Shown: in pieces, positions 20,321-30,415 of the stretch
Position numbering within the stretch: position 1 is the first letter of the stretch
Layout: every line of letters begins with the position of its first letter
Source of the DNA: Chloroflexota bacterium
Lineage (GTDB): Bacteria > Chloroflexota > Anaerolineae > Aggregatilineales > Phototrophicaceae
Direction of reading: 5' to 3'
Length of the DNA: 64,000 nt
Assembly: GCA_011523545.1 (NCBI GenBank)
Contig: WTGN01000013.1
Location: 80,877 to 144,876 of the forward strand
Notes under the pieces: generated by a model
What the model saw: only the letters and a program-made list of their open reading frames with translations
What the model was told of the DNA's origin: nothing
Databases searched by the model: none
Program-made: the position numbers and the translations under genes

Positions 20321-20935
20321 ATGAATAACTTCCACAATGTAATTCCCATGGTGATAGAGCAGGGAAGTCGTGGCGAGCGCGCTTATGACATTTATTCGCT
20401 GCTGCTGAAGGAACGAATCGTATTCGTCGGTTCTGGCATTAACGACCAGATCGCCAATTTGATTGTCGCGCAGCTGCTCTTCCTTGAGCGCGAAGGACCC
20501 GACCGCAGGATGCAGATGTATATCAACTCGCCGGGCGGGATCGTCTACTCAGGCTTGGCCATCTACGATTGCATGCAGCAAATTACATCGCCGGTGAGCA
20601 CGGTGGCGGTCGGCATCACCGCCAGCTTCGGCACCGTGCTGCTGGCGTCCGGCGAACCCGATATGCGGCTCGCCTTGCCGAATGCGACCATCCACATGCA
20701 TCAGCCCTTGGGCGGCGCGCAGGGTCAAGCGTCCGACATCGTCATCCAGGCCGAAGAGATCGTGCGCCTCAAGAAGCGCATCATTGACATATTTGTTAAG
20801 CACACCGGCAAGACCGAAGAAGAAGTGGAACGCGTGACCGACCGAGATGTCTACATGACAGCGCAGGAAGCGGCCGATTTTGGTCTGATCGATTCGGTCC
20901 TGCTATCCGAAGAGCGCGAAGTGGAAGGGGCCTGA
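20321..20935 (+). CDS. clpP: ATP-dependent Clp protease proteolytic subunit
   Basis: ERIVFVG motif, with the Ser (TASFG), His (HMHQPLGG) and Asp (DRDVYM) triad context. Confidence 0.96.
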   Translation: MNNFHNVIPMVIEQGSRGERAYDIYSLLLKERIVFVGSGINDQIANLIVAQLLFLEREGPDRRMQMYINSPGGIVYSGLAIYDCMQQITSPVSTVAVGITASFGTVLLASGEPDMRLALPNATIHMHQPLGGAQGQASDIVIQAEEIVRLKKRIIDIFVKHTGKTEEEVERVTDRDVYMTAQEAADFGLIDSVLLSEEREVEGA

Positions 20936-20936
20936 A

Positions 20937-22220
20937 GTGAGTTTTTCGCCGATCAAGCATCGCTGCAACTTCTGCAATCGGTCCCACGACGAGGTTGAGC
21001 GTTTGATCGCCGGCCCTGAACACATCTACATTTGCAACTTCTGCGTCGAGCTCTGCCACAACCTTCTTCAGGAAGAAAACGGCGACGCGCTTGAGCCGGA
21101 AGACAGTTTTGATTTCGAGCTGACGCTTTCACCTCGCGACATAACACTGCGCCTGGATGACTATGTAATTGGCCAGCACGAAGCCAAACGCGTCCTCAGC
21201 GTCGCCGTTTACAATCACTACAAGCGCATTCAAGCGGCCGACGAGCCTCAAGACATTGAGCTCGACAAAAGCAATATCCTGCTGGCGGGCCCAACCGGCT
21301 GCGGCAAGACGCTGCTGGCGCAGACCTTGGCGCGCATCCTTGATGTGCCGATTGTCATCACCGACGCGACCGCCTTGACCGAAGCCGGTTACGTTGGCGA
21401 AGATGTTGAGAATATCCTGCTGCGCTTGATTCAGGCGGCCGACGGCAATATCGCGCGGGCGGAACGCGGCATCATCTACATTGATGAAATTGACAAGATC
21501 TCGCGCAAATCAAACTCCAATCCATCGATCACTCGTGATGTTTCAGGCGAAGGCGTACAGCAGGCACTGCTCAAAATCCTCGAAGGCACATTGGCCAACG
21601 TGCCGCCGCAGGGCGGGCGCAAGCACCCGCATCAAGAATTTCTGCAGATCGATACGCGAAATATTCTCTTCATCGTCGGCGGTACTTTCGCCGGCCTGGA
21701 TGAGGTGATCCGCCGTCGCATCGGCATGAAGAGCAAGATCGGTTTCGGCGCTCAACAAGAGACCGCCGAGCGCGAAGGCGCCCATCTCTTGAGCGAGGTC
21801 GCGCCTGAGGATCTGATCCAGCACGGCATGATTCCGGAAATGGTCGGCCGCCTGCCTGTCATCGTCGCGCTGCAGCCGCTCGAACTGGAGGACCTGGTCC
21901 GCATCATGGTCGAGCCGAAGAACGCGCTCATCAGACAATACGAGCATCTGCTCTCGCTTGATGATGTGGAATTGGTATTCGAATCCGAGGCTCTCCAAGC
22001 CGCTGCTGGCATGGCAATCGAACGCGAGACCGGCGCGCGCGGCCTGCGATCAATCATCGAATCCTGCTTGCTTGATGTCATGTTCGAGGCGCCCAGCCGC
22101 GAAGAAATCACCAAAGTGGTAATCAGCGAGTCGGTCATTCGCGGTGAGGAAAAGCCGCGGATTTTCACCCGTGATGGCCGCGTGCTTACCTTGTCGGAAA
22201 AGATTGACTCCGCCGCCTGA
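20937..22220 (+). CDS. clpX: ATP-dependent Clp protease ATP-binding subunit ClpX
   Basis: N-terminal C4 zinc finger (CNFC...CNFC), Walker A GPTGCGKT and Walker B IIYIDEID. Confidence 0.96.
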   Translation: MSFSPIKHRCNFCNRSHDEVERLIAGPEHIYICNFCVELCHNLLQEENGDALEPEDSFDFELTLSPRDITLRLDDYVIGQHEAKRVLSVAVYNHYKRIQAADEPQDIELDKSNILLAGPTGCGKTLLAQTLARILDVPIVITDATALTEAGYVGEDVENILLRLIQAADGNIARAERGIIYIDEIDKISRKSNSNPSITRDVSGEGVQQALLKILEGTLANVPPQGGRKHPHQEFLQIDTRNILFIVGGTFAGLDEVIRRRIGMKSKIGFGAQQETAEREGAHLLSEVAPEDLIQHGMIPEMVGRLPVIVALQPLELEDLVRIMVEPKNALIRQYEHLLSLDDVELVFESEALQAAAGMAIERETGARGLRSIIESCLLDVMFEAPSREEITKVVISESVIRGEEKPRIFTRDGRVLTLSEKIDSAA

Positions 22221-22238
22221 ACGCGCCTGCTTAGATTC

Positions 22239-22862
22239 TCAAGGCGATATCGGCAGCAGAAGCGCCTCAGTGGGGCCCGTGACTCCGCTTTGAAAGCTCT
22301 GTGCGTCCAGTTTCGTCGCTTCCTCGCCGGCGCCGCCCCAATTGTAGGGTATCGCCCAACGCGGCTGCAGCATGTCCACCAGGCGCAAGGCTTGATCGAC
22401 AGACAGGCGGCCATAGCCGTCTATCGGCAGCAGTAGCATATCCGGCCGCAGATGCGCCATTTCCGGGATGAGTTCCGAATCACCCACATAATAAATGTCG
22501 AAGTAATTCAGCGATATCAGGAATCCAAGACCGCCGGCCGCGGACGGGTGCCGCCGGTCGCTCGGGGAATAGGCCGGGATTGCTTTTATATGCGCGCGGT
22601 CAACGCTGATGCTCTGCCACGCTCGCAACACGACCGCGCCATTTACAGCGCGTGCGACGCCCTCGTTGCCGATGATCACGGTATGCTCAGCGCGGATCTT
22701 TGCGACATCGGCCGGCGAGCAGTGGTCATAATGGTCGTGCCCTATCAGGATGACATCGGGCGGCGACTCATGCTTGACCACGCGCCAGGGCGCGATCTGA
22801 ATGAACGGGTCGCCTTCTATCGCAAAACTGCTATGGCCTTGCCAGCGTATCCTGTCTTTCAA
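22239..22862 (-). CDS. MBL-fold metal-dependent hydrolase
   Basis: HDHYDH metal motif. The TTG at 22862 follows GAAGGA and gives a typical (I/L)RWQGHSSF N-terminus. The ORF track's 22910 start is likely too long. Confidence 0.7.
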   Translation of the reverse strand: MKDRIRWQGHSSFAIEGDPFIQIAPWRVVKHESPPDVILIGHDHYDHCSPADVAKIRAEHTVIIGNEGVARAVNGAVVLRAWQSISVDRAHIKAIPAYSPSDRRHPSAAGGLGFLISLNYFDIYYVGDSELIPEMAHLRPDMLLLPIDGYGRLSVDQALRLVDMLQPRWAIPYNWGGAGEEATKLDAQSFQSGVTGPTEALLLPISP

Positions 22863-22921
22863 CGATGCTGTCCTTCTCGATCTGCAACACACCGATACGC
22901 GCAAACGCAATTTGTCTCGTG

Positions 22922-22950
22922 TTGGACTACATACGCTACAATATTACAAT
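22922..22950 (+). promoter_or_regulatory. sigma70-type promoter candidate (TTGGAC-17-TACAAT) upstream of obg
   Basis: AT-rich tract with tandem TACAAT hexamers at 22937 and 22945. Confidence 0.35.
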
Positions 22951-23076
22951 ATTTATGTCCGGTTTCCTCATAAGACTTTGTCGACAGTCCCCCTTCCATT
23001 GTGCCTACACGCGTCGGGCAATCTCATGTATTCTTGGCTGCCGTCAGGGGCTTGCAAATGAGTGGTGCGCCAAGAC

Positions 23077-24342
23077 ATGCTGGTTGATGAAGCCAAGATC
23101 TTCGTGGCGAGCGGCAAGGGCGGCGACGGCATGGTGTCTTTTCGCCGCGAAAAATACGTGCCGCGCGGCGGCCCTTCAGGCGGGAGCGGCGGCCGCGGCG
23201 GCGATGTCATGCTCAAGGCGGACGCCAACCTCAATACGCTCTTCTTCTTCCGCAAGCGCGTTCACTTCAAAGCCAAGGCGGGCGGCAAAGGCGGCTCAAG
23301 CAATAAAACTGGCGCCGACGCCGACCGGCTGATCGTATTCGTGCCGCCCGGCACGGTCGTGCGCGACGCCGAAACCGGCGGGCTCATCGCCGACCTGGTG
23401 ATCGCAGATGACGAGGTGATTGTGGCGCGGGGCGGCCGCGGCGGCCGGGGCAACGTCCACTTCAAGACTGCCGCCAATCAAGCGCCGCGAATGGCCGAAA
23501 AAGGCGAGCCCGGCGTTGAACGCTGGCTTGCGCTCGAGTTGAAAATGATCGCCGATGTGGCGCTCGTCGGCCTGCCCAACGCGGGGAAATCGACACTGCT
23601 TTCGGTCCTGAGCAACGCAAAACCCAAGATCGCCGATTATCCATTCACGACCCTTGAGCCGAATCTGGGCACAGTCGTATACGACAATAAAGACCTGGTC
23701 TTCGCCGATGTGCCCGGATTGATTGAAGGCGCGCATCTCGGCATCGGGCTCGGCCATGCTTTCCTGCGCCATGTGCAGCGCACCGACATCATCGTGCATA
23801 TTCTGGACGGCTCGGCGGCCGACCCGCTGGCCGATTACAATCAGATCCGGACTGAGTTGGCGCTCTACGACGCCAACCTGGCCCAGCGGCCGGAGATCGT
23901 GGCCGTCAACAAAATCGACCTGCCCGAAGCCCGCGAATATTGGGAATTGCTGAAAGAAAGTTTGATCGAGCGAGATATCTCAAATCCGATAGCGATATCG
24001 GCATTAACACGCGAAAATGTGAAGCGATTGATCCAGCGCGTATTTGAACAAGCAGACAATCTTCCGCAGCGCGAAGCCGCAACCGAAGAGGCGACGCCAA
24101 TTTATGAGCTGGACGACGACGAACTGCAATTTGAGCTTGAGGTGAATGACGGCGTCTATTATGTGAGTGGCGACCGCATCGAGCGCGCAGCTGCCATGAC
24201 CTATTGGGATTATGACGAAGCGGTGCTGCGCTTCCACAAGACTTTGGAAACGCTTGGCGTCGTGGCTGCGCTGGCTGAAGCAGGCGTCCAGCCGGGCGAT
24301 ACGGTATTCGTTGGCGACTTTGAGTTGGAGTGGGCCGATTGA
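23077..24342 (+). CDS. obg: GTPase Obg/CgtA
   Basis: N-terminal MLVDEAKIFVASGKGGDG, a Gly-rich Obg fold, G1 motif GLPNAGKST and a C-terminal OCT-like domain. Confidence 0.93.
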   Translation: MLVDEAKIFVASGKGGDGMVSFRREKYVPRGGPSGGSGGRGGDVMLKADANLNTLFFFRKRVHFKAKAGGKGGSSNKTGADADRLIVFVPPGTVVRDAETGGLIADLVIADDEVIVARGGRGGRGNVHFKTAANQAPRMAEKGEPGVERWLALELKMIADVALVGLPNAGKSTLLSVLSNAKPKIADYPFTTLEPNLGTVVYDNKDLVFADVPGLIEGAHLGIGLGHAFLRHVQRTDIIVHILDGSAADPLADYNQIRTELALYDANLAQRPEIVAVNKIDLPEAREYWELLKESLIERDISNPIAISALTRENVKRLIQRVFEQADNLPQREAATEEATPIYELDDDELQFELEVNDGVYYVSGDRIERAAAMTYWDYDEAVLRFHKTLETLGVVAALAEAGVQPGDTVFVGDFELEWAD

Positions 24343-24947
24343 GCAAGCAGCGAATCGGAATCTTGGGCGGCAGCTTTGACCCGCCCCAGATGGGACATTT
24401 GATCCTGGCGGAATACAGCCGCGAGAGCCTGTCCATGGACCACATTCTCTTCGTGCCAGTGGCCGACCATCCGGTGAAGAAGGGCGAATTACGGCTGCCC
24501 TTTCATCATCGGCTGGCAATGCTGGAGCTCGCCATCGAAGACAATCCATGCTTCAGCATCTCGCGCGTCGATGTCGACCGCGGCGGTCCGCATTACTCCG
24601 CCGATACCGTAAAAATCATCCGCGCCCAATATCCGCAGGCCGAGCTGTTTTTCGTCATGGGCGGCGACAATCTGCGATCGCTGCCAACCTGGGAGCGGGC
24701 GCAGCAACTCTACGATTGCTGTAGGCTTGCGGTCATGAAACGGGCAGACGCAGACATCAGCGCCGATATGCACGATGATGTATTACCCAACCTGTCAAAA
24801 TACGTCGATATCGTCGATGTGCCCATGCTCAGCGTTTGGCTGTCCTCCACCTTTGTGGTCAGCCGCCTGCGGAAAAACCTGAGTGTACGCTATCTGGTGC
24901 CGGACAAGGTGCTGGAATACATTGCCGCCCACAAGCTGTATCGCTGA
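24330..24947 (+). CDS. nadD: nicotinate-nucleotide adenylyltransferase
   Basis: The GGSFDPPQMGHL (GxFxPxHxGH) motif. It overlaps the obg stop. Confidence 0.9.
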   Translation: MGRLSKQRIGILGGSFDPPQMGHLILAEYSRESLSMDHILFVPVADHPVKKGELRLPFHHRLAMLELAIEDNPCFSISRVDVDRGGPHYSADTVKIIRAQYPQAELFFVMGGDNLRSLPTWERAQQLYDCCRLAVMKRADADISADMHDDVLPNLSKYVDIVDVPMLSVWLSSTFVVSRLRKNLSVRYLVPDKVLEYIAAHKLYR

Positions 24948-24953
24948 AGCGCG

Positions 24954-26678
24954 ATGAAGACGTCGATTTGCCAAGCGTGCGTGATCGTTCTGTTTTTCGC
25001 CGTCTCGACCTTGGCCGGCGCCCAAGCGCCCACGCCGATCCCCACGCTCGCGGCGCCAACTCTCGTCCCCGTTATCAGTGATGACGACGACCCGGTTGAT
25101 GCCCTGCCAAGCGCGTCCGCTGTCGACGATATCATCGCCACCGGCCTGTTCAAAGTGGGCGTGCTTTACAACGAAGCGCCCTACAGCGAGTACACGCTGC
25201 AAGGGGAATTGCGCGGCCTCGACATTGACCTGATGCGCCTGATCGCCGAGAAATGGGGCGAAGAAATCGAGTTCCTGCAGGTTACCCGCGAGAACGCGCT
25301 TGACCAACTGAATCAGGGCCAAATCCACGCCGCCGTCGCCGCCTTCCCGCATTATCGCGATCTTGATGTGCAGCTCGAATTCAGCCAGTCCTATTTTCTT
25401 GGCCGTCAAGCAATGATGGTCCGGGCTGACAGCGCTTACCAATCTTTGAACGACCTGAGCAGCCAAGCAGTCGGCTATGTCATCGGGACGCGAACGGAAA
25501 AAGCGCTGAGCTTGTGGAGCGCGCAGCTCGGCGCGAGCTTGAATCTAAAATACTATCTGACCTTGGACCGGGCCTTCTCCGCTTTGACGCGCGGCGAGAT
25601 TGAAGGCCTCGTCGCCGAAGAGCAGAAGCTGCTGAATGTTTCGCGCGACTACGCCGACCACGTCAAAATCCTCGCCGAAGCAGTAACGCGGGAGCCGCGC
25701 GCAGTCGCTGTCCGCCGGGGTGATATCGCCATGCGCCAGCTGCTCAACCAGAGCATTCAGTCGCTGGCCAAAGACAATAGCCTGCAAAAGCTGCACCGCG
25801 AGCATTTCCCGGATGCCGAGTATCCGGAAGCTGCGTTTCCGCTTTGGGATGGCATAAGCGAGTCGCTAAACCCGGCGCAATATGCTGGCGCGCTAAGGTA
25901 TCCCGATCGATACATCGTGGCACAAATTCAGCGCAGCGGCGTTTTGCGCGTTGGCGGGCTCGCCGACGACCAATCTGGTCTGACATCAAGCCAGGCCCAG
26001 CTGACGGCGCTCAATCGCGCTATCGTTAACGAGTTGGGGCGCCGATGGTCGCTGACCGTAGAATTCGTCAGCAGCGGCGTCGATGAAGCCAAGGAATTGC
26101 TGGCGGCTGGCGACGTCGACATCATCGCCGGCGTGAAGCCTGATTGGCGACTGGCGACCGCGCTGGATTTCTCCGTCCCCTATCTTCTGCATGGCGACAG
26201 ATTGATGGTCCCGGCACGCTCTCAAATTGGCGGATTTAACGATCTGCGCGGGCGAATCATCGGCGTGATCATCGCCGACGCCGGGGCGCGGGATCGCGCG
26301 CAAGCCTGGGCTGACAGTATCAATGCGGGCGTTCGTTTCTTTCAGACGCGCGCAGACGGCGCCGCCCTGAACCTGCTCGAATTCAACAATGCGCATGCCA
26401 TCTACGCCGACAGTTTGCAGCTAATCCCGCATCTGCAAGCCAGCCCAAGCGCCCTGCGACTGACAGAGCGCTGGTACAGCCGGTCTTACCGCAGTCTCGG
26501 CTTGCCTTACAATGACCTGGATTTTCGTCTTTTGGTGGATTACACCTTACAAGAGATGGCGCGCGACGGCACGCTTTGGGATTTGTCCGCGCCGTTCATC
26601 CTCTCGGACGAGCCGCCGGATTTCCTGATCATTCCCGGCATCGCGGCTTATGCTGGATTCAATTTGGCCCGCTCTTAG
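24954..26678 (+). CDS. secreted protein with two tandem family-3 solute-binding (PBP2) domains
   Basis: A signal peptide, then two ~230-aa segments with the SBP_bac_3 pattern (GVLYNEAPYS..., VGGLADDQ...). Confidence 0.75.
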   Translation: MKTSICQACVIVLFFAVSTLAGAQAPTPIPTLAAPTLVPVISDDDDPVDALPSASAVDDIIATGLFKVGVLYNEAPYSEYTLQGELRGLDIDLMRLIAEKWGEEIEFLQVTRENALDQLNQGQIHAAVAAFPHYRDLDVQLEFSQSYFLGRQAMMVRADSAYQSLNDLSSQAVGYVIGTRTEKALSLWSAQLGASLNLKYYLTLDRAFSALTRGEIEGLVAEEQKLLNVSRDYADHVKILAEAVTREPRAVAVRRGDIAMRQLLNQSIQSLAKDNSLQKLHREHFPDAEYPEAAFPLWDGISESLNPAQYAGALRYPDRYIVAQIQRSGVLRVGGLADDQSGLTSSQAQLTALNRAIVNELGRRWSLTVEFVSSGVDEAKELLAAGDVDIIAGVKPDWRLATALDFSVPYLLHGDRLMVPARSQIGGFNDLRGRIIGVIIADAGARDRAQAWADSINAGVRFFQTRADGAALNLLEFNNAHAIYADSLQLIPHLQASPSALRLTERWYSRSYRSLGLPYNDLDFRLLVDYTLQEMARDGTLWDLSAPFILSDEPPDFLIIPGIAAYAGFNLARS

Positions 26679-27588
26679 GCGCCCGCTGGCTGCGCAACAC
26701 AACCGTGACCCCCAGCACCAGAATGACGCTGCCGATTAATTGGGCGACTGTCGGAATCTCGCTGAATATCAAGAAGGCCCATATTGCGCTCAGAACGGGC
26801 ACCGACTGCGCCGTCATCGTCAACGTCGTGGGCGACATGAACCGCAGCACAAAATTCAGCGCGCCATGACCGATGATTTGCGCCAGGATCGCCAGCAGCA
26901 ATACCCACAGATAGCCGCGAATATCGTATCCGATCAGCGATATGCCGTTGAATGCGATGATGAGCAGCGTCACCGCCGCGGCGGCGGAATTGACCAGCCA
27001 AATGTACGGCACGAATGATGTATGGCCGCGTACTTTTCGACCGATGATGATGTAAAGGGCGGCCGAACAGGCGCTGATTACCGCCATCAAGATGCCCAGC
27101 CCGGGATTGCCGCCGGGGATCACCGCCGGCGCACCCACGGTCGAGAAGGCGATTAAGAGGCCGCCAAGCAGCGCCGCGGAAATCCCAAGCCATATCGCCT
27201 TGCCGAGGGATTGCTTGAGCAGCGTGACTTCAAAAAACGCGACCCAGATCGGGATGGTCGCGATGAAGGCCTGGTTGATGAGCACGCTGATATGCTCCAG
27301 CGACGCCACCATCAGCACAATATTGACGCCGGACATGGCCCCCGCCACCAGTGCCAGCCAGCGGCTTCGGGCGGGCATGACGGCGATCTCGCGCGCGCCT
27401 TTGACCCAAATATAAGGCGCGAACATGACGGCGCCGGTGATCATTCGCCCGAAGGAGACCAGGGCCGGCGGCATATCGTATTCAAAGGCGTAGCGAATGC
27501 AGATGGGGCCGAATGACCAGGCAAAAGCCGAGACCGCCACCAGCAGCCATAAGTGGGTTGTGGAGGGCGCTGACAGGTTAATCCGCAT
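26659..27588 (-). CDS. DMT-superfamily (EamA) transporter
   Basis: Ten predicted TM helices in two EamA halves. The ATG at 27588 overlaps the upstream paralogue's stop by 11 nt. Confidence 0.8.
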   Translation of the reverse strand: MRINLSAPSTTHLWLLVAVSAFAWSFGPICIRYAFEYDMPPALVSFGRMITGAVMFAPYIWVKGAREIAVMPARSRWLALVAGAMSGVNIVLMVASLEHISVLINQAFIATIPIWVAFFEVTLLKQSLGKAIWLGISAALLGGLLIAFSTVGAPAVIPGGNPGLGILMAVISACSAALYIIIGRKVRGHTSFVPYIWLVNSAAAAVTLLIIAFNGISLIGYDIRGYLWVLLLAILAQIIGHGALNFVLRFMSPTTLTMTAQSVPVLSAIWAFLIFSEIPTVAQLIGSVILVLGVTVVLRSQRAPKSGPN

Positions 27589-28540
27589 TGCTGGCTCCCG
27601 TGTCTGCGGTGCGGATTTCACCGCGGCTGGCCAAGAGGACGCCGATTAGAATGACGATGCTGCCGGCGATCTGCTTGGCCGGCGGCAATTCGCCAAATAC
27701 CAGGACGGCCAGGATGGCGCTGCCGATCGGTTCCAACTGCGTGAACATGCTGACTAGCGCGGCGTGGAAATACTCGAGCAGATAATTCAGCGAAGAATGA
27801 CCCAGAAGCTGAGGCACCAGGCCCATCGCCAGCAAGACCAGATAACCCTGCGCGCGGAAGCCGGCCAGGGGCGTCGAAGTGACAGCCATGACGACTAAGG
27901 CGCAGATTGACGCGATCCCGTAGACCAGCCAAACATAAGGTATCACCGGCAGCGTCGTCCGCAGCCTACGCCCGATCAGCATGTAAACCGAGACCGAGAG
28001 CGCGCCGATCAAAGCCAGGCTTCCGCCGGTGAGCGTGTCGCTGACGCTTTCAATCGCCGGCGCCGCGCCAAGCGGCCCATCAAGCGGGATGCCGATGATG
28101 ACGCCGCCCGACAAGGCGACCAGCAGGCCCAGCACCACCAGGCGGGACAGGCGAATGCGCAAGAAGATGACCTCCATAATGGCGACCCAAATCGGCCCGG
28201 TTGACACAATGACAACGCTGACCAGCACCGTCGTATATTGCAAGGATGTCACCCAGGCGGTGAAATGAATCGCCAGGCACAGGCCGGCCAGGGCGACCAG
28301 CGCCAACTCTGCCCGCGAAAGCCTGCGGACCCGCGCTCGGTATCGGCGCAAGACAATCGGCGTGAGGGCGGCGGTGGCAATCAACAGTCGCGCGCCGGCG
28401 ATCAGCAGCGGCGGCATATTTTCATCCAGCGCCAGGCGTATGAGGATAGCGGCCGACGAGGTGGCCACGATCGCAACGACGATGACCGCGTATGCCCTGA
28501 TCGGTGTAGAATTGGCCTGGGACCTTGCGTCTGATGGCAA
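27578..28540 (-). CDS. DMT-superfamily (EamA) transporter
   Basis: Ten predicted TM helices; a paralogue of the downstream gene. Confidence 0.8.
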   Translation of the reverse strand: MPSDARSQANSTPIRAYAVIVVAIVATSSAAILIRLALDENMPPLLIAGARLLIATAALTPIVLRRYRARVRRLSRAELALVALAGLCLAIHFTAWVTSLQYTTVLVSVVIVSTGPIWVAIMEVIFLRIRLSRLVVLGLLVALSGGVIIGIPLDGPLGAAPAIESVSDTLTGGSLALIGALSVSVYMLIGRRLRTTLPVIPYVWLVYGIASICALVVMAVTSTPLAGFRAQGYLVLLAMGLVPQLLGHSSLNYLLEYFHAALVSMFTQLEPIGSAILAVLVFGELPPAKQIAGSIVILIGVLLASRGEIRTADTGASNAD

Positions 28541-28794
28541 GAAATGATCTCCGGTTTGCGAACGCCACTATTCACGGGAATCGCGTAAATTGCAAGCCAG
28601 AACTGACACAGCGACGATTGGCCGCCGCGCGCATCCGGCCGCAAATAGTCTATGAAATTCTGCCTGGCCTGAGTACAATTCAATGTGAACTCCCGTTTCG
28701 CGGATCCGACGAGTTGGGTCGTCGCGCCTTGCGGCGTGTTATAATGGCGGGAGACTGTCCGCAGTGTCCAAGTTTTTAAGGAGCGAGTTTGATC

Positions 28795-29400
28795 ATGGCT
28801 TTTGAATTACCGTCACTTCCCTATGCAGAGGATGCGCTCGAACCGCATATTGACGCGCGCACGATGGGCATCCACCACGGCAAGCATCATGCCGCCTATA
28901 CGAGCAATCTCAATGCGGCAATCGAAGGCACAGCGCTGGATGGCATGAGCATCGAGGCGATCTTGGCAGACCTCAACGCCGTGCCTGAGGACATCCGTAC
29001 GGCTGTGCGCAACAATGGCGGCGGCTACGCCAATCACAACCTGTTCTGGCAGATCATCGGCCCGAATGGCGGCGGCGAACCGAGCGGCGCCCTGGCTGAC
29101 GCGATCAACAGCGCCTTCGGCAGCTTTGGCGATTTCCAGTCGGCGTTTTCTGCGGCGGCCGCTACCCGTTTCGGCTCTGGCTGGGCCTGGCTGGTGACCG
29201 ATGGCGGCGCGGTCAGCGTGACATCGACGCCGAATCAGGATACGCCGCTGATGGATGGCGGAGTCCCCATCCTGGGCATTGATGTCTGGGAACACGCCTA
29301 TTATCTGAATTACCAGAACCGGCGCCCGGATTACATCGCCGCCTTCTTCAACGTCATCAACTGGGACAAGGTCGCTGAACTGTACGCTGCCGCTGGTTAA
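28795..29400 (+). CDS. sodA: Fe/Mn superoxide dismutase (cytoplasmic)
   Basis: Motifs [25 protein letters not shown] and DVWEHAYY. An AAGGAG RBS lies upstream. Confidence 0.93.
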   Translation: MAFELPSLPYAEDALEPHIDARTMGIHHGKHHAAYTSNLNAAIEGTALDGMSIEAILADLNAVPEDIRTAVRNNGGGYANHNLFWQIIGPNGGGEPSGALADAINSAFGSFGDFQSAFSAAAATRFGSGWAWLVTDGGAVSVTSTPNQDTPLMDGGVPILGIDVWEHAYYLNYQNRRPDYIAAFFNVINWDKVAELYAAAG

Positions 29401-29487
29401 CCCGCTTACACTTGCCGACCCGGCGGGCGCCAAGCGCGCCGGGTTCTCAATCATAGGCCGTCCATTAGTTCGAGAGAGAGCGAGCCC

Positions 29488-30189
29488 ATGAACGAGCAAA
29501 CCGGATTGAGCCGGCGCGATGTTTTGAAGTTGGCGGGCAGCGCAGTGCTCGGCGCGGCCATCCCCGGCGTATCGCTCGCTGACGAATGGCAATTCAAGCT
29601 GCCCGAGCTGCCTTATGCCGAAGACGCTCTGGAACCCTACATTGACGCGCGCACAATGGGCATCCATCACGGAAAGCACCACGCCGGTTACACCAACAAG
29701 CTGAACGCGGCCATTGAAGGAACCGACCTGGCCGGCATGTCGATTGAAGACATCCTCGGCAATCTCGACTTGGCGCCGGAAGACATCCGCGTGACCGTCC
29801 GCAACAACGGCGGCGGCTACGCCAACCACAGCCTGTTCTGGCAGATTATGAGCCCAGACGGCGGCGGCGAACCCGAGGGTGATCTGGCGGATGCCATTGA
29901 ACGCGATTTCGGCGGTTTCGCTGATTTCAAGACGGCGTTTTCCGCGGCGGCGGGGAGCGTGTTCGGCTCCGGCTGGGCTTGGCTGGCGGCGGACGATGGC
30001 GCGCTCAGCATCAGCAAGACGCCGAATCAGGATACACCGCTGATGAACGGGAGGACGCCGATCCTGGGCATTGATGTCTGGGAGCACGCCTACTACCTCC
30101 ATTATCAGAACCGGCGCGCCGATTACATCGCTGCCTTCTTCAATGTGATCAACTGGCAGCGAGTCGGCGAGTTGTACGCGGGAGCCTGA
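29488..30189 (+). CDS. Fe/Mn superoxide dismutase with twin-arginine (Tat) signal peptide
   Basis: N-terminal [24 protein letters not shown], followed by the same SOD motifs as the upstream paralogue. Confidence 0.9.
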   Translation: MNEQTGLSRRDVLKLAGSAVLGAAIPGVSLADEWQFKLPELPYAEDALEPYIDARTMGIHHGKHHAGYTNKLNAAIEGTDLAGMSIEDILGNLDLAPEDIRVTVRNNGGGYANHSLFWQIMSPDGGGEPEGDLADAIERDFGGFADFKTAFSAAAGSVFGSGWAWLAADDGALSISKTPNQDTPLMNGRTPILGIDVWEHAYYLHYQNRRADYIAAFFNVINWQRVGELYAGA

Positions 30190-30202
30190 TTCGGACAACC
30201 GT

Positions 30203-30299
30203 TGTAGGGGCGACTCGCTGAGTCGCCCGTTGTTAACCTGTGAATCGGCGGTGGGCGAGACAAGGGTTGCGTAGACACCAACCGTATCTCGCCCTTACA
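30203..30299. repeat. family B REP-like hairpin (30203-30228, +) plus inverted composite B/core element (30253-30299, -)
   Basis: The plus-strand unit is TGTAGGGGCGACTCGCTGAGTCGCCC. The reverse-strand unit is TGTAAGGGCGAGA-TAC-GGTTGGTGTCTACGCAACC-CTTG-TCTCGCCC. Confidence 0.75.
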
Positions 30300-30415
30300 A
30301 TTTCTATTGGCGGCTTATCGTTCGCAAGCATTTCAAAGGGCGCTACAATGGTGGCGCTCTTTTTGCGTTCAGGCGCGCCGCGAAATGTGGCGCGATATGA
30401 CAGGAGATTTGCCAC

